From: an uncultured Chroococcidiopsis sp.
GTDB taxonomy: Bacteria > Cyanobacteriota > Cyanobacteriia > Cyanobacteriales > Chroococcidiopsidaceae
Direction of reading: 5' to 3'
Assembly: GCA_964248365.1 (NCBI GenBank)
Contig: CAXTYC010000006.1
Span: forward strand, 96,001-160,000
DNA length: 64,000 bases
The notes under the pieces were generated by a model, which ran no database searches, had not been told where the DNA came from, and saw only the letters and a program-made list of their open reading frames with translations. A program made the translations under genes and the position numbers. Shown piece by piece: positions 20,459-31,279 of this stretch (its first letter is position 1; each line of letters begins with the position of its first letter).

Positions 20459-22522
20459 TCAGGGACTAGAGGCTTTCTCCACAATGGGGACTGTGAAATG
20501 AAAGCGACTACCTCGGTCTTTACCATCTGATTCTGCCCAAATCTGACCGTTCCAGCTATTGACAATTTGACGACAAATTGCTAGTCCTAAACCAGTACCT
20601 CCCGTAGTGCGTCTCAGCGCCCCTTCTTCTTGATAAAACCGATCAAAGACAACTTCTAGGCGATTTGGTTCAATACCTCGTCCCGTGTCAGCGACAGTAA
20701 CTTGCAGCATGGAACCGCCGTTGCAATGAACCTCAATGGTAATCTGTCCCTCCGGCGGTGTAAATTTGCAAGCGTTATCTAATAGTTTGGCAAATACCTC
20801 AACTAGCCAATCACCATCAACTCTAACTAAAGGCAGATGATCTGGGATTTTGGTAATGACTTTGGGTAACTCCTCTATGGCAGAGCGGGTACGAATTCGG
20901 CTCATAGCAAGTTCAATACATTCTTCTAAGGGTAAAGTTTCTGGATGCCATTCGACTCGACCGCTTTCTAAGTTGGAAAGAGTGAGGAAATCTTGGATCA
21001 GTTTCCGCATCCGCTCCGAGTCAGCTAAGGCAGTGTTGAGCATTACCTGGCTCATTTCTTGCGGCATATCCGGTTCGTTGGCTAGGCTCTCCAAACATAC
21101 CTGAATGGTGGATAAAGGGGTACGAAGTTCGTGACCTGTAATCGCAATCAAATTGCTGCGGGTACGGTCAAGAGCTTCCAATTGCTGGTTGAAGTCTTCC
21201 AGGTTAGCGTAAGCTTCAGCTTGAATTAGCGCAGCTCCTACCTGGGTAGCGATCGCCTCTACCAATGATATTTCATTGGCTGTCCACTGGTGAGTCATGG
21301 GCTGGCAGTGATGTAACTCGATCATTCCCAACAACTTGCCCTGATACAATACTGGAACCATTAACCACGAACGAATGCCAAACTGACGAGTTATTTTCTG
21401 TAATATCTCAGAGCCAGTAACGCGAGAATCAGTTTGAGTGTCGGCAACATATAGCCGCTCTTGCTGTTGTACAACTTCTTGAAATAGGGGATTATTGTCT
21501 AATAACCACGTTTCCCCCAACAAGGATGGCGTTTGTGAACTCAAAAATTCATGATTAATTGTGGTAGTTTGATCGCTCTTGTGCGCGCGATAAATCAAAC
21601 ATCGACAAACAGAAAGTGCCTGTCCGAGTTCTTGCACTGCTACTTTGAGAATTTCCTGGGGGTGTAGGGGTTGACCTGTATTGTTACCTCGACGGATAGC
21701 AGCAGTGATTGAGTTTACTAGGCGCTCTTTCCTTTCCCCAATAGCGATCGAACGGTAGGCTTTAAGTAATTTGTACTGACCTGCTTGTAAATATGTCACC
21801 AAACGTTGAACAAACGGGTCAGAGTCAATCGGATGATAATCTTGCTGTTCAATATTTTTAGAACGATTGGCACTTTGAGGTGATAAGTTTGAGCTACCGA
21901 TCGATGGTTTTTTTGTTTTGGTTGATTTTGGCTTTTGTGGGAAGGTAAGTCCAAAGCGATCGCAAGCTAGCTTGATTTTAGCTGCTAACTCTGGTCTGTA
22001 ACTTAAAATTCGCTTCAATAAAAACTGGGCTACTATCGAGCTAATGTGAGGATCACTTGTCCAAATGCCTTCAAACTGGCGAGTTGGGTCCATATCCAAA
22101 CTTACAGGTAATTCTGGCGAGAGCTTGAGCGCACTCATCCCAAGACGTTCTCGACATACCAAGCAACTGGTATAATGCTCCCCAATTACCACTAAATGCC
22201 ATTCCTGACCCAGTGGCTCAGCCGGATCAAACGCGACTGTTTCATAGCAGTCAGAAGCATTGGTAAAGTCAGTTTCTGGGGCTGCTAATACATAAACTTG
22301 ATTAGTACGTTGAGCGAGGCGTTTGTAGCGGTGAGCTTCTTGACGATAAAAACGTTCGCGCTGGAAGCTAGCAATCAGCAAGGGATGCTCGCTGGTGGAA
22401 GCAAGTACTTGGTCTTCCATCGCATGAGACAGCGCTGTTAAAGAAGCCTTGAAATAAATTTGGGGACGCAGTTGGGGTACTGCCTGTAGCAGATCACTCA
22501 CCACTGAAGTCGGTATACTCAT
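20459..22522 (-). CDS. DICT-GAF sensor histidine kinase
   Basis: YFKASLTALSHAMED/ASFQRERFY DICT domain, GAF, GHELRTPL, GGTGLGL. Confidence 0.88.
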   Translation of the reverse strand: MSIPTSVVSDLLQAVPQLRPQIYFKASLTALSHAMEDQVLASTSEHPLLIASFQRERFYRQEAHRYKRLAQRTNQVYVLAAPETDFTNASDCYETVAFDPAEPLGQEWHLVVIGEHYTSCLVCRERLGMSALKLSPELPVSLDMDPTRQFEGIWTSDPHISSIVAQFLLKRILSYRPELAAKIKLACDRFGLTFPQKPKSTKTKKPSIGSSNLSPQSANRSKNIEQQDYHPIDSDPFVQRLVTYLQAGQYKLLKAYRSIAIGERKERLVNSITAAIRRGNNTGQPLHPQEILKVAVQELGQALSVCRCLIYRAHKSDQTTTINHEFLSSQTPSLLGETWLLDNNPLFQEVVQQQERLYVADTQTDSRVTGSEILQKITRQFGIRSWLMVPVLYQGKLLGMIELHHCQPMTHQWTANEISLVEAIATQVGAALIQAEAYANLEDFNQQLEALDRTRSNLIAITGHELRTPLSTIQVCLESLANEPDMPQEMSQVMLNTALADSERMRKLIQDFLTLSNLESGRVEWHPETLPLEECIELAMSRIRTRSAIEELPKVITKIPDHLPLVRVDGDWLVEVFAKLLDNACKFTPPEGQITIEVHCNGGSMLQVTVADTGRGIEPNRLEVVFDRFYQEEGALRRTTGGTGLGLAICRQIVNSWNGQIWAESDGKDRGSRFHFTVPIVEKASSP

Positions 22523-23059
22523 GAATGTCTTTGTTGCTCACTGCACCTCTCGTGTCCAGCCGCAAGGGTCATAGTTTTAGAGGAAACTGTTTTTCCACTG
22601 CATACTAAGCTTTGCGACCTGCTTTGTCGGAGAACCGTATGGGGCGCGATCGCGCCCCCTCGCATCATGGTTCTCTATCAACTTATCCTACCTTGATGGC
22701 GGGTGCAGGAGTTGTGGAGATATGGAACTTGGAGGAGTAGGGGAGAGGGGGAGCAGGGGGAGAAATTACCTTTACCGCAATACCTCTTTCCCCAGGTTCC
22801 TCTAGCCTAAGCGCCTTTACCCCTTTCCCCTTGCATCTAGCAAAGGTTATATATTTTATTAGTTGTAGATAGAAATTTTCTTTCCATCTCGATCTAAAAA
22901 GCCCATGTTCGAGGTTAAAGTCGCAGCAAACACATAATTGCGATAAAAAACTACATGATGAATAAGCATGACTAGTCAGTTCAAATACACCACCAGAGGT
23001 ATATTAAGCTTGGCTGTTTCTAGCAATACCTTCGCTCACTGCTATTTCTACATATAAAA

Positions 23060-24085
23060 ATGAAAATTGCCCAGATTGCTCCCCTCTGGGAGCGCGTTCC
23101 TCCCTTTCGCTATGGCGGTATTGAATTAATTGTCAGTTTACTTACTGATGAATTAGTCCGGCGCGGTCATGAAGTAACTTTATTTGCCTCTGGTGACTCA
23201 ATTACAACTGCCAAACTCGTTTCGGTTCACGGTCAAGCACTGCGGCTCGACCCCAGTATTAAAGAGCCTGGACTCTACGAGCAAATGATGCTGTCTGAGG
23301 TCTATACCAACGCCCATCATTTTGATATTATTCATTCTCATGTTGGCTGTGCTGCCCTGCCCTATACCAGTTTTGTCAAAACGCCAACAGTACACACTAT
23401 GCACGGCATCTTCACCCCAGATAACGAGAAGATGTTCCGACGCTTTGCCTGGCAGCCTTACATTAGCATTAGTGAGGCGCAGCGAGAACCCCGCTTAGGC
23501 TTAAACTACGTTCATACCGTCTACAACGGAATTGATACATCTATTTATCCGTTTGTGGCAACACCAAGTCAACCCGCTTACCTAGCTTTTATTGGTCGGC
23601 TTTCTCCAGAAAAAGGACCAATCGAGGCAATTAAAATTGCTCGTGCGTCCGGTATACCATTAAAAATGGCTGGTAAGATTGATGCTGTTGATCGAGAATA
23701 CTTTCGGGAGCAAATTGAGCCTAGTATTGATGGAGAGCACATTCAGTATCTAGGTGAAGTCTCCCTGGAGGAAAAAGTACAGCTTTTGGGAGGAGCTACT
23801 GCTACCTTGTTCCCGATTACCTGGCGAGAACCTTTTGGTTTAGTGATGATTGAGTCGATGGCAACGGGTACGCCTGTAATTGGTATGGGGCTAGGCTCAG
23901 TACCAGAAGTAATTGCCCACGAGAAAACAGGTTTTGTTTGCTATTCTTTGGAAAAAATGATCGAGGCTATTCCAGGGGTGACAAAATTAGACCGCCAGAC
24001 TTGCCGAGACTACGTTTTAAACCGCTTTAGTGTTGAGGCTATGACTAACGAGTATGAAAAGGTCTTTCAAGTGTTAGCAAGCTAA
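23060..24085 (+). CDS. Glycosyltransferase family 4
   Basis: MKIAQIAPLWERVPP, YGGIE, GRLSPEKG, EPFGLVMIESMATGTPV. Confidence 0.9.
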   Translation: MKIAQIAPLWERVPPFRYGGIELIVSLLTDELVRRGHEVTLFASGDSITTAKLVSVHGQALRLDPSIKEPGLYEQMMLSEVYTNAHHFDIIHSHVGCAALPYTSFVKTPTVHTMHGIFTPDNEKMFRRFAWQPYISISEAQREPRLGLNYVHTVYNGIDTSIYPFVATPSQPAYLAFIGRLSPEKGPIEAIKIARASGIPLKMAGKIDAVDREYFREQIEPSIDGEHIQYLGEVSLEEKVQLLGGATATLFPITWREPFGLVMIESMATGTPVIGMGLGSVPEVIAHEKTGFVCYSLEKMIEAIPGVTKLDRQTCRDYVLNRFSVEAMTNEYEKVFQVLAS

Positions 24086-24899
24086 CAAATTTTCCCTGGG
24101 CGGGTTTATAGATGACTTCACCTAAAAGGGGAAGGGGACAAGGGAAAATCCGAGTGATGAGTGATTCAATCCCCAACTCGACTGTTCTCCCCTTTTACTT
24201 TGATTCCTATCTATTAATAAACCCGCCTTGCTCAGCCTTTAACTTAAAGATAAAGTATTTAAATCTTATTTGTATTAAAATTAACAAGTTGTAAATAGGC
24301 TTAAACTTATTTAAAATAAATTTATGTAGTCTGATTAACTTGCCTGCTCTTGGCTAATCAGGAAAACTAAATAATAATTAACAGTTTACAGCGAAATTTG
24401 CCAGTACAAATAGTATGAAAAGCTACAAAAGGCAACTGATAACTGACGGACAATCTTGCGGCTTGCCGCCAAGTGCGGGTAAAAAGATAACAACTCACCA
24501 AAAGGCAAGGGGCAAGAGGAACCAGAGGAACCAGAGGCGCTCGTGCGCTCGTGCGAGAGGCTAGATTTTTCGTTTGTTTCGGTGATTTATGTGATCAGTA
24601 GATCTTTTTCCTCGTGCCGGACTTCGTCCCGCAACGCTTACGTGCCTCTTGCCTCGTACCTCTCGCCTCTGAAAAACAATTTTGCCAAAATTAGGATTCA
24701 TAAACCAAACCAGGGGTTGGGATAAAGTTAGAAAGCTTTAATTTAAGTTCTGATCGAAAGCTGTTAAAGCTAATTGATGAGAATTTTAAGAAAATTTAAA
24801 ATGTAAGTAGTTTTACTTAAAAATTTTGTGGTTGTAAACGCTATAAATATCCCACAGTAGCACCTGAAAACTCATAATCTTGAAGCAAAAATTTTGCGA

Positions 24900-27197
24900 A
24901 TGACACCAGATACGCTAACGACATCAGAAAAGCTGGAACTGGACGGTAAAGTATTTGTCCCCGCCCAACAGCTACCTATTCCAGAATGGCCCTGTGTATT
25001 GAGTGAAAGACCGCAGCCGACACTCACAGTCAAAGATGATGACTTATTTTTAGTTACAGATACTATAGGGAATATTTCTGGCTGCTTGGTGGACGATCGC
25101 TCATCTAGCATGGGACTATTTTGCGCGGATACCAGATTTCTCAGTCGCCTAGAGTTACAGATTGAGGGGCGATCGCCCTTGCTACTCAGTAGTACCGCCG
25201 ACAAAGGATTTGTCCTCTCGGTTTTGTGTACCAATCCCACAATCGAAGGTAGCTTGTCAGCAGATACCTTGGGGATTCGGCGGGAAATTGTACTCAATGG
25301 AGCCTTGTTTGAGGAGATAGAAATATCTAATTATAGCACAAGTGCGGTTAGCTTTGAATTGAGTCTTAGCTTTGATGCGGATTTCGTTGATTTATTTGAA
25401 ATCCGAGGCTTTGGACGTGAGAAACGAGGAAAACTTCTCCGCCTGGTCGAACTTGATGGCAAAAAACTGGAAAACTTAGAAAATTATCAAGAAAATACAT
25501 CCCTCACCCCTCGCCCCTCACCCCTCACCCCTCAAAAAGGGCTGACCCTTGCCTATCAAGGTTTGGATGGGGCGGTGATGGAATCGCTGATCGAGTTTGG
25601 GTATCATCAGCCTGACTATTTCAAAGGTTATACAGCGATTTGGCGGATAGATTTGGCAAGCCATGAAACCAAAAAATTGGGTTATCGGCTGTCGATGTCG
25701 ATAAACAAATGCTCTGCCTCTACCGTCCATGCTGCTGCTACCCTAGTACAAGCTAAGGCAGCTGAGTTTTTAGAAGAGCAACATTGGTGTCACCAAAGTA
25801 CGCAGATTCGTTCGGATAAAGCTACCTTCAATCGCGCGATCGAAAGAGCTGAGCAAGATATGTTTTTGCTGCGACAGTCTATAGGTAAGCATAAGACTGT
25901 TTCAGCTGGAGTGCCTTGGTATTCAACATTGTTTGGGCGGGATTCGCTGATTACAGCATCACAAACACTCATGTTGAATCCAGCGACCGCTAGGGAAACA
26001 TTGTTTCTCTTAGCCGCCTATCAAGGTAAAATCGAAGATGATTGGCGGGAAGAAGAACCAGGAAAGATTTTGCACGAACTGCGGTTTGGGGAAATGGCGC
26101 GTTGTCAAGAAATTCCCCATACGCCTTACTACGGCACTGTCGATGCTACTCCTTTGTGGCTAATGCTGTATGCGGAATACTATGCTTGGACTCACGATCT
26201 TGAAACTCTAGAACGGCTGTGGTCTAATGCAATGGCTGCAATGGATTGGATTGATCGTAACTGCCAACAGACAGGCTACCTTAGCTACGAGCGCAAATCT
26301 GCGCGTGGTCTAGTTAACCAAGGGTGGAAAGACTCTGGCGACTGTATTGTCAATCGCAAGGGACAACTAGCGACCGGACCAATTGCCTTGTGCGAGGTGC
26401 AAGCTTATGTTTATGCGGCAAAAGTGCGATTGGCAGAAATTGCCCGCATGAAAAAGCGGATTGATTTAGCAGACAAATGGCAAGAGGACGCTAAGGAACT
26501 CAAAAGTCGCTTTAATCGAGACTTTTGGATGACAGATCAGGATTTCTGCGCTCTGGCTTTGGATGGAGAAGGCAAACGGGTAGATAGTATTACCTCGAAT
26601 CCTGGTCAATGTCTATATTATGGCATTCTCGCACCGGAAAAAGCGTACAGCGTGGCAGAGCGCCTTCGAGCGCCGGATATGTTCAATGGTTGGGGTATTC
26701 GCACTTTGAGCAGTTTGTCCCCTGCTTATAATCCTATGGGTTATCACATTGGGTCGGTGTGGCCCCACGATAACTCAATTATTGCGATGGGATTGCGATC
26801 GCTCGGATTAATCGATCAAGCTTTGGAAGTCTTTCAAGGTTTGTTTGATATGACTTTGTGCCAGCCTTATCAGCGACCCCCCGAACTGTTCTGCGGCTAC
26901 GAGCGTAACAACGATAGCGACCCTGTACAGTATCCCGTTGCTTGCACTCCCCAAGCTTGGGCTACTGGTAGTGTCTTCCAGCTATTACAAATGATTGTAA
27001 ATCTAGTCCCTGACGCTCAGAATAACTGCCTGCGGATTATTGACCCAGCTTTACCAGAGTCGATTAATCAGCTTTCTGTGCATAATTTGCGTGTTGGTCC
27101 GACTTTGCTGGATCTGGAATTTGAGCGCTCTGGCAGTACTACCGCTTGCCGTGTTGCTAAAAAACGCGGAAATTTGCGCGTTGTGATTGAAGCTTAA
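24900..27197 (+). CDS. Amylo-alpha-1,6-glucosidase (glycogen debranching-like)
   Basis: DTRFLSR N-domain, AGVPWYSTLFGRDSLI, EEPGKILHELR, NQGWKDS, YHIGSVWPHDN, PQAWA. Confidence 0.88.
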   Translation: MTPDTLTTSEKLELDGKVFVPAQQLPIPEWPCVLSERPQPTLTVKDDDLFLVTDTIGNISGCLVDDRSSSMGLFCADTRFLSRLELQIEGRSPLLLSSTADKGFVLSVLCTNPTIEGSLSADTLGIRREIVLNGALFEEIEISNYSTSAVSFELSLSFDADFVDLFEIRGFGREKRGKLLRLVELDGKKLENLENYQENTSLTPRPSPLTPQKGLTLAYQGLDGAVMESLIEFGYHQPDYFKGYTAIWRIDLASHETKKLGYRLSMSINKCSASTVHAAATLVQAKAAEFLEEQHWCHQSTQIRSDKATFNRAIERAEQDMFLLRQSIGKHKTVSAGVPWYSTLFGRDSLITASQTLMLNPATARETLFLLAAYQGKIEDDWREEEPGKILHELRFGEMARCQEIPHTPYYGTVDATPLWLMLYAEYYAWTHDLETLERLWSNAMAAMDWIDRNCQQTGYLSYERKSARGLVNQGWKDSGDCIVNRKGQLATGPIALCEVQAYVYAAKVRLAEIARMKKRIDLADKWQEDAKELKSRFNRDFWMTDQDFCALALDGEGKRVDSITSNPGQCLYYGILAPEKAYSVAERLRAPDMFNGWGIRTLSSLSPAYNPMGYHIGSVWPHDNSIIAMGLRSLGLIDQALEVFQGLFDMTLCQPYQRPPELFCGYERNNDSDPVQYPVACTPQAWATGSVFQLLQMIVNLVPDAQNNCLRIIDPALPESINQLSVHNLRVGPTLLDLEFERSGSTTACRVAKKRGNLRVVIEA

Positions 27198-27199
27198 AC

Positions 27200-27358
27200 T
27201 AGGGGCGGTCGGCTGGGGGCTAGGGGCTAGGGCAAGAAAAGGACAAGGGGACAAGGGGACAAGGTGACAAGGTGAAACTTCAATCATACTCCCCCCTCTC
27301 CCCATCTGTGTGTCCCCCCATCCTCTCTCTAGTCCCCAACCCCTAGCCCCTAGCCCCT
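27200..27358. repeat. Composite palindromic STRR element
   Basis: GGGGCTA arms, GGACAAG repeats and TAGCCCC right arm. Confidence 0.75.
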
Positions 27359-27507
27359 CTCATGTGTAACAAACTATTGCTAGTTGTTAAGGCTTGTATA
27401 GTTTGCGATCGTTTTCTCGCTGTTTATCGTTGATGTATATCTACAGCGGGATGCTAAGAAAAGAAAATTAATGTTAACCAACATTCCCTCACCCTAATAG
27501 GCTGGCT

Positions 27508-30453
27508 ATGGAGCAAATCGGTTGGACGGTTATTGAAACACAGTTTGATGCAGCCGAACTGCATCACAAGGAAACACTATTTACAATTGGCAATGGCTAC
27601 CTGGGTACGAGGGGTACTTTTGAAGAAGATTATCCAGGCTCAAACGGGGCTACCTTTATTCACGGCGTTTATGACGACGCGCCAGTAGTAACAACCGAAC
27701 TAGTTAATTGCCCTGACTGGTTGCCACTGGTGATTGTGGTGGGGGGCGAAGTCTTCGGTCTTGATTCTGGTGAGATATTGGGCTATCAGCGTCAGTTAGA
27801 CTTGCGCTGGGGTATAGTCAGCCGCGATGTACTGTGGCGTAGCCCGAATGGTCATACAGTATATCTTCATTTTGAGCGTATGACCAGTATGGCAGATGAA
27901 CACGTATTAGTGTTGCGCTGCCAAGTCACGCCGATAGATTTCGAGGGAGAAATCGAAGTTGAGGCTAGTTTCAACACCCAACCGAATAATCATGGCGCAG
28001 AACATTGGGAATGTTTGCAGCACGATGGAAAGGATAATCGCCTTTGGTTCCATATGCGCTGCCCCAGCTCCAATATAGAGTTAAGCATGGCTTGCCAGCT
28101 AACTTGCTCAGAAGAGACAGCCCTTGTGCAAGTGAGGGGTAAAGACAGCAATCCGAAATTGACAACAAGCTTCCAGGCTCACCCCAATCAGACAGTGACT
28201 TTAGAAAAAAAGGTTAGTGTTTTTACTTCAAGAGATGTGAGTGAGCCATTGCAAGCAGCCCAAGAGCGGCTAGCGAGTTTACCCAGTTACACCACCCTGC
28301 TAGCAGCTCACGGAGCAATTTGGGATGAATTGTGGCAGGACAGTGATGTCAAAATTGAGGGCGACACCACTGCCCAAATTGCTGTCCGTTACAATTTGTT
28401 TCAGCTACTTGCCGCTGCACCTCGCCATGACGAAAGAGTAAGTATCCCAGCAAAAACACTGTCTGGATTTGCCTACCGAGGTCATGTGTTTTGGGATACA
28501 GAAATTTTTATCGTTCCCTTCCTCAGCTTGACGCAGCCGCAAATCGCCCGTAATTTGTTGTCCTATCGCTACCATACTTTGGCAGGTGCGAGGCGCAAAG
28601 CAAAAGAAGCTGGTTATGAAGGAGCAATGTTTGCTTGGGAAAGTGCCACTACTGGTGACGAGGTAACTCCCCGTTGGGTACACGATCCAAATGGTAATCC
28701 AGTGCGTATTTGGTGCGGTGATATTGAAGTGCATATTAACGCTGATATCGCTTATGCCGTTTGGCAATATTGGCTTGTGAGTGGGGATAACCAATGGATG
28801 CGCGATCGCGGAGCTGAGATAATATTAGATACTGCGGTATTTTGGGCTAGCCGAGTCGAGTGGAATAGCGATCGCAATTGTTACGAAATTCGGGATGTGA
28901 TCGGTCCTGATGAAAACCACGAACAGGTAAACAACAACGTCTTTACTAACCGAATGGTGCAATGGCACATGGAAACTGCCCTTGCTACCTTGGAATGGTT
29001 GCGTGGATATGATGTTAAAAAAGCAGATCATCTAGAGCAGCAACTTAACCTCACACCCCAGCGGCTCAAGCATTGGACACATATCATTAGTCATATCCTA
29101 CTGTTACACGACTGGGATACTGGCTTAACTGAACAGTTTGAGGGTTTCTTTAACCTAGAAGACGTTAACCTAACTGATTACGAGTGGCGTACCAAGTCAA
29201 TGCAAGCTCTTTTGGGCATTCAACAGACAAACTCTAGTCAAATATTAAAGCAGCCAGATGTTTTGATGCTGCTTTACTTGCTGCGTGAGTCAACTTTGCC
29301 TACGCGCCTTACTCCTAGCGAGTACCAAAAAATACTTAGCACAAACTGGGATTACTACACTCCTCGTACCGACCACACTTATGGTTCTTCTCTAGGTCCT
29401 GCCATTAACGCGATTTTAGCTTGTGACTTGGACAAGAGCGCTGATGCATATGAACACTTTATGCGAGCAGCGCTGGTAGATCTCAAAGATGTGCGGAAAA
29501 ATGCCTGTGAAGGTATTCACGCCGCTTCTTGTGGTGGGGTATGGCAGGCGGTAGTCTTTGGTTTTGCTGGTGTACGTCTAACTGGGACAGGACCAAAGGT
29601 GTTAACTCCTCACCTACCTGAATGCTGGACACGCTTACAGTTCAAACTTCGCTGGCAAAATCAGTGGTATGACTTTGATATAGCAAGGACAACAGATGGG
29701 AATCAGGTAGTCATGACCACTGACAACAAGACTAATGCAGATATTTCTATTAACCATCAGTCTGCTCCACCAATCAAGGGTGTAATTTTCGACCTGGATG
29801 GTGTGCTAACTGACACGTCGGAATTTCACTATCAAAGTTGGAAGCAGCTAGCGGACGAAGAAGGAATTCCATTTGACCGCGAAGCTAATGAGAAAATGCG
29901 AGGTTTGGCAAGGCGAGAATCACTGTTGCAACTTTTAGGCGAAGGGCGAGTAAGTGAAGCAGAACTGAAAGAAATGATGGCGCGTAAGAACGGCTATTAT
30001 GAGAAATTGATTCAGGCACTTACCCCAGCTAACTTGCTACCAGGAGCGTTGGAATTATTGAACGAATTGCGCTCCTGCGGTATTAAAGTGGGTATCGGTT
30101 CATCGAGTAAAAATGCCCACACTGTTATTCAACGTTTGGGCATTGCTGACTTGATAGATGCAACGGCTGATGGCTACAGTGTAGAGCGGCACAAACCAGC
30201 TCCTGATGTATTCCTCCATGCAGCGAAGCAACTAGGGCTGGAACCATCACAATGCGTAGTTGTAGAAGATGCTGATTCTGGTGTTGCTGCTGCTTTGGCT
30301 GCCGGAATGTGGGCTGTCGGTCTTGGTCCGGTTGAGCGCGTAGGTGCGGCTCATGTTGTGCTAAACAGCTTGGCAGGGGTTCACTGGTCTGACCTGCAAA
30401 GGTTACTTCAGCAAAGCCACAATACGCTCTATGCTACTCCTGTGGCTGGCTAA
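27508..30453 (+). CDS. GH65 glycoside phosphorylase fused to C-terminal beta-phosphoglucomutase (HAD)
   Basis: GNGYLGTRG, YRGHVFWDTE, GPDENH, KQPDV and GSSLGP (GH65); FDLDGVLTDT, KPAPDVF and VVEDA (beta-PGM). Confidence 0.9.
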   Translation: MEQIGWTVIETQFDAAELHHKETLFTIGNGYLGTRGTFEEDYPGSNGATFIHGVYDDAPVVTTELVNCPDWLPLVIVVGGEVFGLDSGEILGYQRQLDLRWGIVSRDVLWRSPNGHTVYLHFERMTSMADEHVLVLRCQVTPIDFEGEIEVEASFNTQPNNHGAEHWECLQHDGKDNRLWFHMRCPSSNIELSMACQLTCSEETALVQVRGKDSNPKLTTSFQAHPNQTVTLEKKVSVFTSRDVSEPLQAAQERLASLPSYTTLLAAHGAIWDELWQDSDVKIEGDTTAQIAVRYNLFQLLAAAPRHDERVSIPAKTLSGFAYRGHVFWDTEIFIVPFLSLTQPQIARNLLSYRYHTLAGARRKAKEAGYEGAMFAWESATTGDEVTPRWVHDPNGNPVRIWCGDIEVHINADIAYAVWQYWLVSGDNQWMRDRGAEIILDTAVFWASRVEWNSDRNCYEIRDVIGPDENHEQVNNNVFTNRMVQWHMETALATLEWLRGYDVKKADHLEQQLNLTPQRLKHWTHIISHILLLHDWDTGLTEQFEGFFNLEDVNLTDYEWRTKSMQALLGIQQTNSSQILKQPDVLMLLYLLRESTLPTRLTPSEYQKILSTNWDYYTPRTDHTYGSSLGPAINAILACDLDKSADAYEHFMRAALVDLKDVRKNACEGIHAASCGGVWQAVVFGFAGVRLTGTGPKVLTPHLPECWTRLQFKLRWQNQWYDFDIARTTDGNQVVMTTDNKTNADISINHQSAPPIKGVIFDLDGVLTDTSEFHYQSWKQLADEEGIPFDREANEKMRGLARRESLLQLLGEGRVSEAELKEMMARKNGYYEKLIQALTPANLLPGALELLNELRSCGIKVGIGSSSKNAHTVIQRLGIADLIDATADGYSVERHKPAPDVFLHAAKQLGLEPSQCVVVEDADSGVAAALAAGMWAVGLGPVERVGAAHVVLNSLAGVHWSDLQRLLQQSHNTLYATPVAG

Positions 30454-30740
30454 GTGTAGGGTGGGCATTGCCCACCTTTTATGGTGTGTTACGGCGCGAA
30501 TTATATCTTTGGAAATGAAAATACAGTATTTCTGTGCGCCTAACTTACTACCACTACTAATGGTGCTTGTGCGGCGCAAATTAGATTTTTTGGAAGTGAA
30601 ACAATAGTATTTCTGTGCGCCTAACTTACTACCACTACTACCACTTCTTCAGCCAAGCCAAAAGAAACTCTATGCTACTACTCCTGTGGCTGGCTAATTG
30701 TCAGGTGGGCAATTTGTAAGGTGGGCAATGCCCACCCTAC
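30406..30740. repeat. Complex repeat: duplicated gene 3' end, two ~80-nt tandem units and an inverted REP pair
   Basis: 30406-30453 resembles 30647-30697; 30481-30559 resembles 30560-30640; REPs at 30456-30476 and 30720-30740. Confidence 0.85.
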
Positions 30741-30760
30741 TTATTACTAACAGCTAATAG

Positions 30761-31279
30761 CTAATGGCTAACAGCTAACAGCTTTTTGGCACGTTGTACC
30801 TCTTGCTCTGTGCCATTTACTATTACTAAATACTCTTCGGGGGAAAGGCGATCGCCATTAATGGCTCGTTGTGAGGACACCCCAGGACAATTACAAACTG
30901 AAATCACCCCACCAGTTGCTAAACCGATACCAGCACCTGCAAGGGTAGAGGCTAAAGCTGTTCCTACCGCGCTACCAATTGCTATGGCAGGAGCAACGCC
31001 TGGTATTGACAAAATTCCAATAGTCATTAAGCAACCGCCTAAAGCTCCCACTATACTGCCTGTAATCATTGCACAAGGAGCATTTGTTGCTGACGTGTCT
31101 CTACTCGCCTGAGTTTTCCTAATCGCCTCTTCTAGCTGCTCAAGTAGCTCTGATTCTTTGTTTACCAATGAAAGGCGAGTAATTGGGAACCCTGCACAGT
31201 ATAAATGTTTGAGCGCCTGTTCTGCATCAGAGCGTGTGGTAAATGTACCAACAGCACTTCTTTCTTGAACTGAAACCAT
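30761..31279 (-). CDS. General stress protein-like small membrane protein
   Basis: AVGTF...DAEQAL N-terminus, Gly/Ala-rich hairpin (IPGVAPAIAIG) and YLVIVNG C-terminus. Confidence 0.65.
   Translation of the reverse strand: MVSVQERSAVGTFTTRSDAEQALKHLYCAGFPITRLSLVNKESELLEQLEEAIRKTQASRDTSATNAPCAMITGSIVGALGGCLMTIGILSIPGVAPAIAIGSAVGTALASTLAGAGIGLATGGVISVCNCPGVSSQRAINGDRLSPEEYLVIVNGTEQEVQRAKKLLAVSH

Noticed and set aside
30481..30640. Possible mini CRISPR array (35-nt identical segments at ~80-nt period)
   Set aside because: Only two units, the would-be spacers are homologous to each other, and no cas genes are present; a tandem duplication explains it
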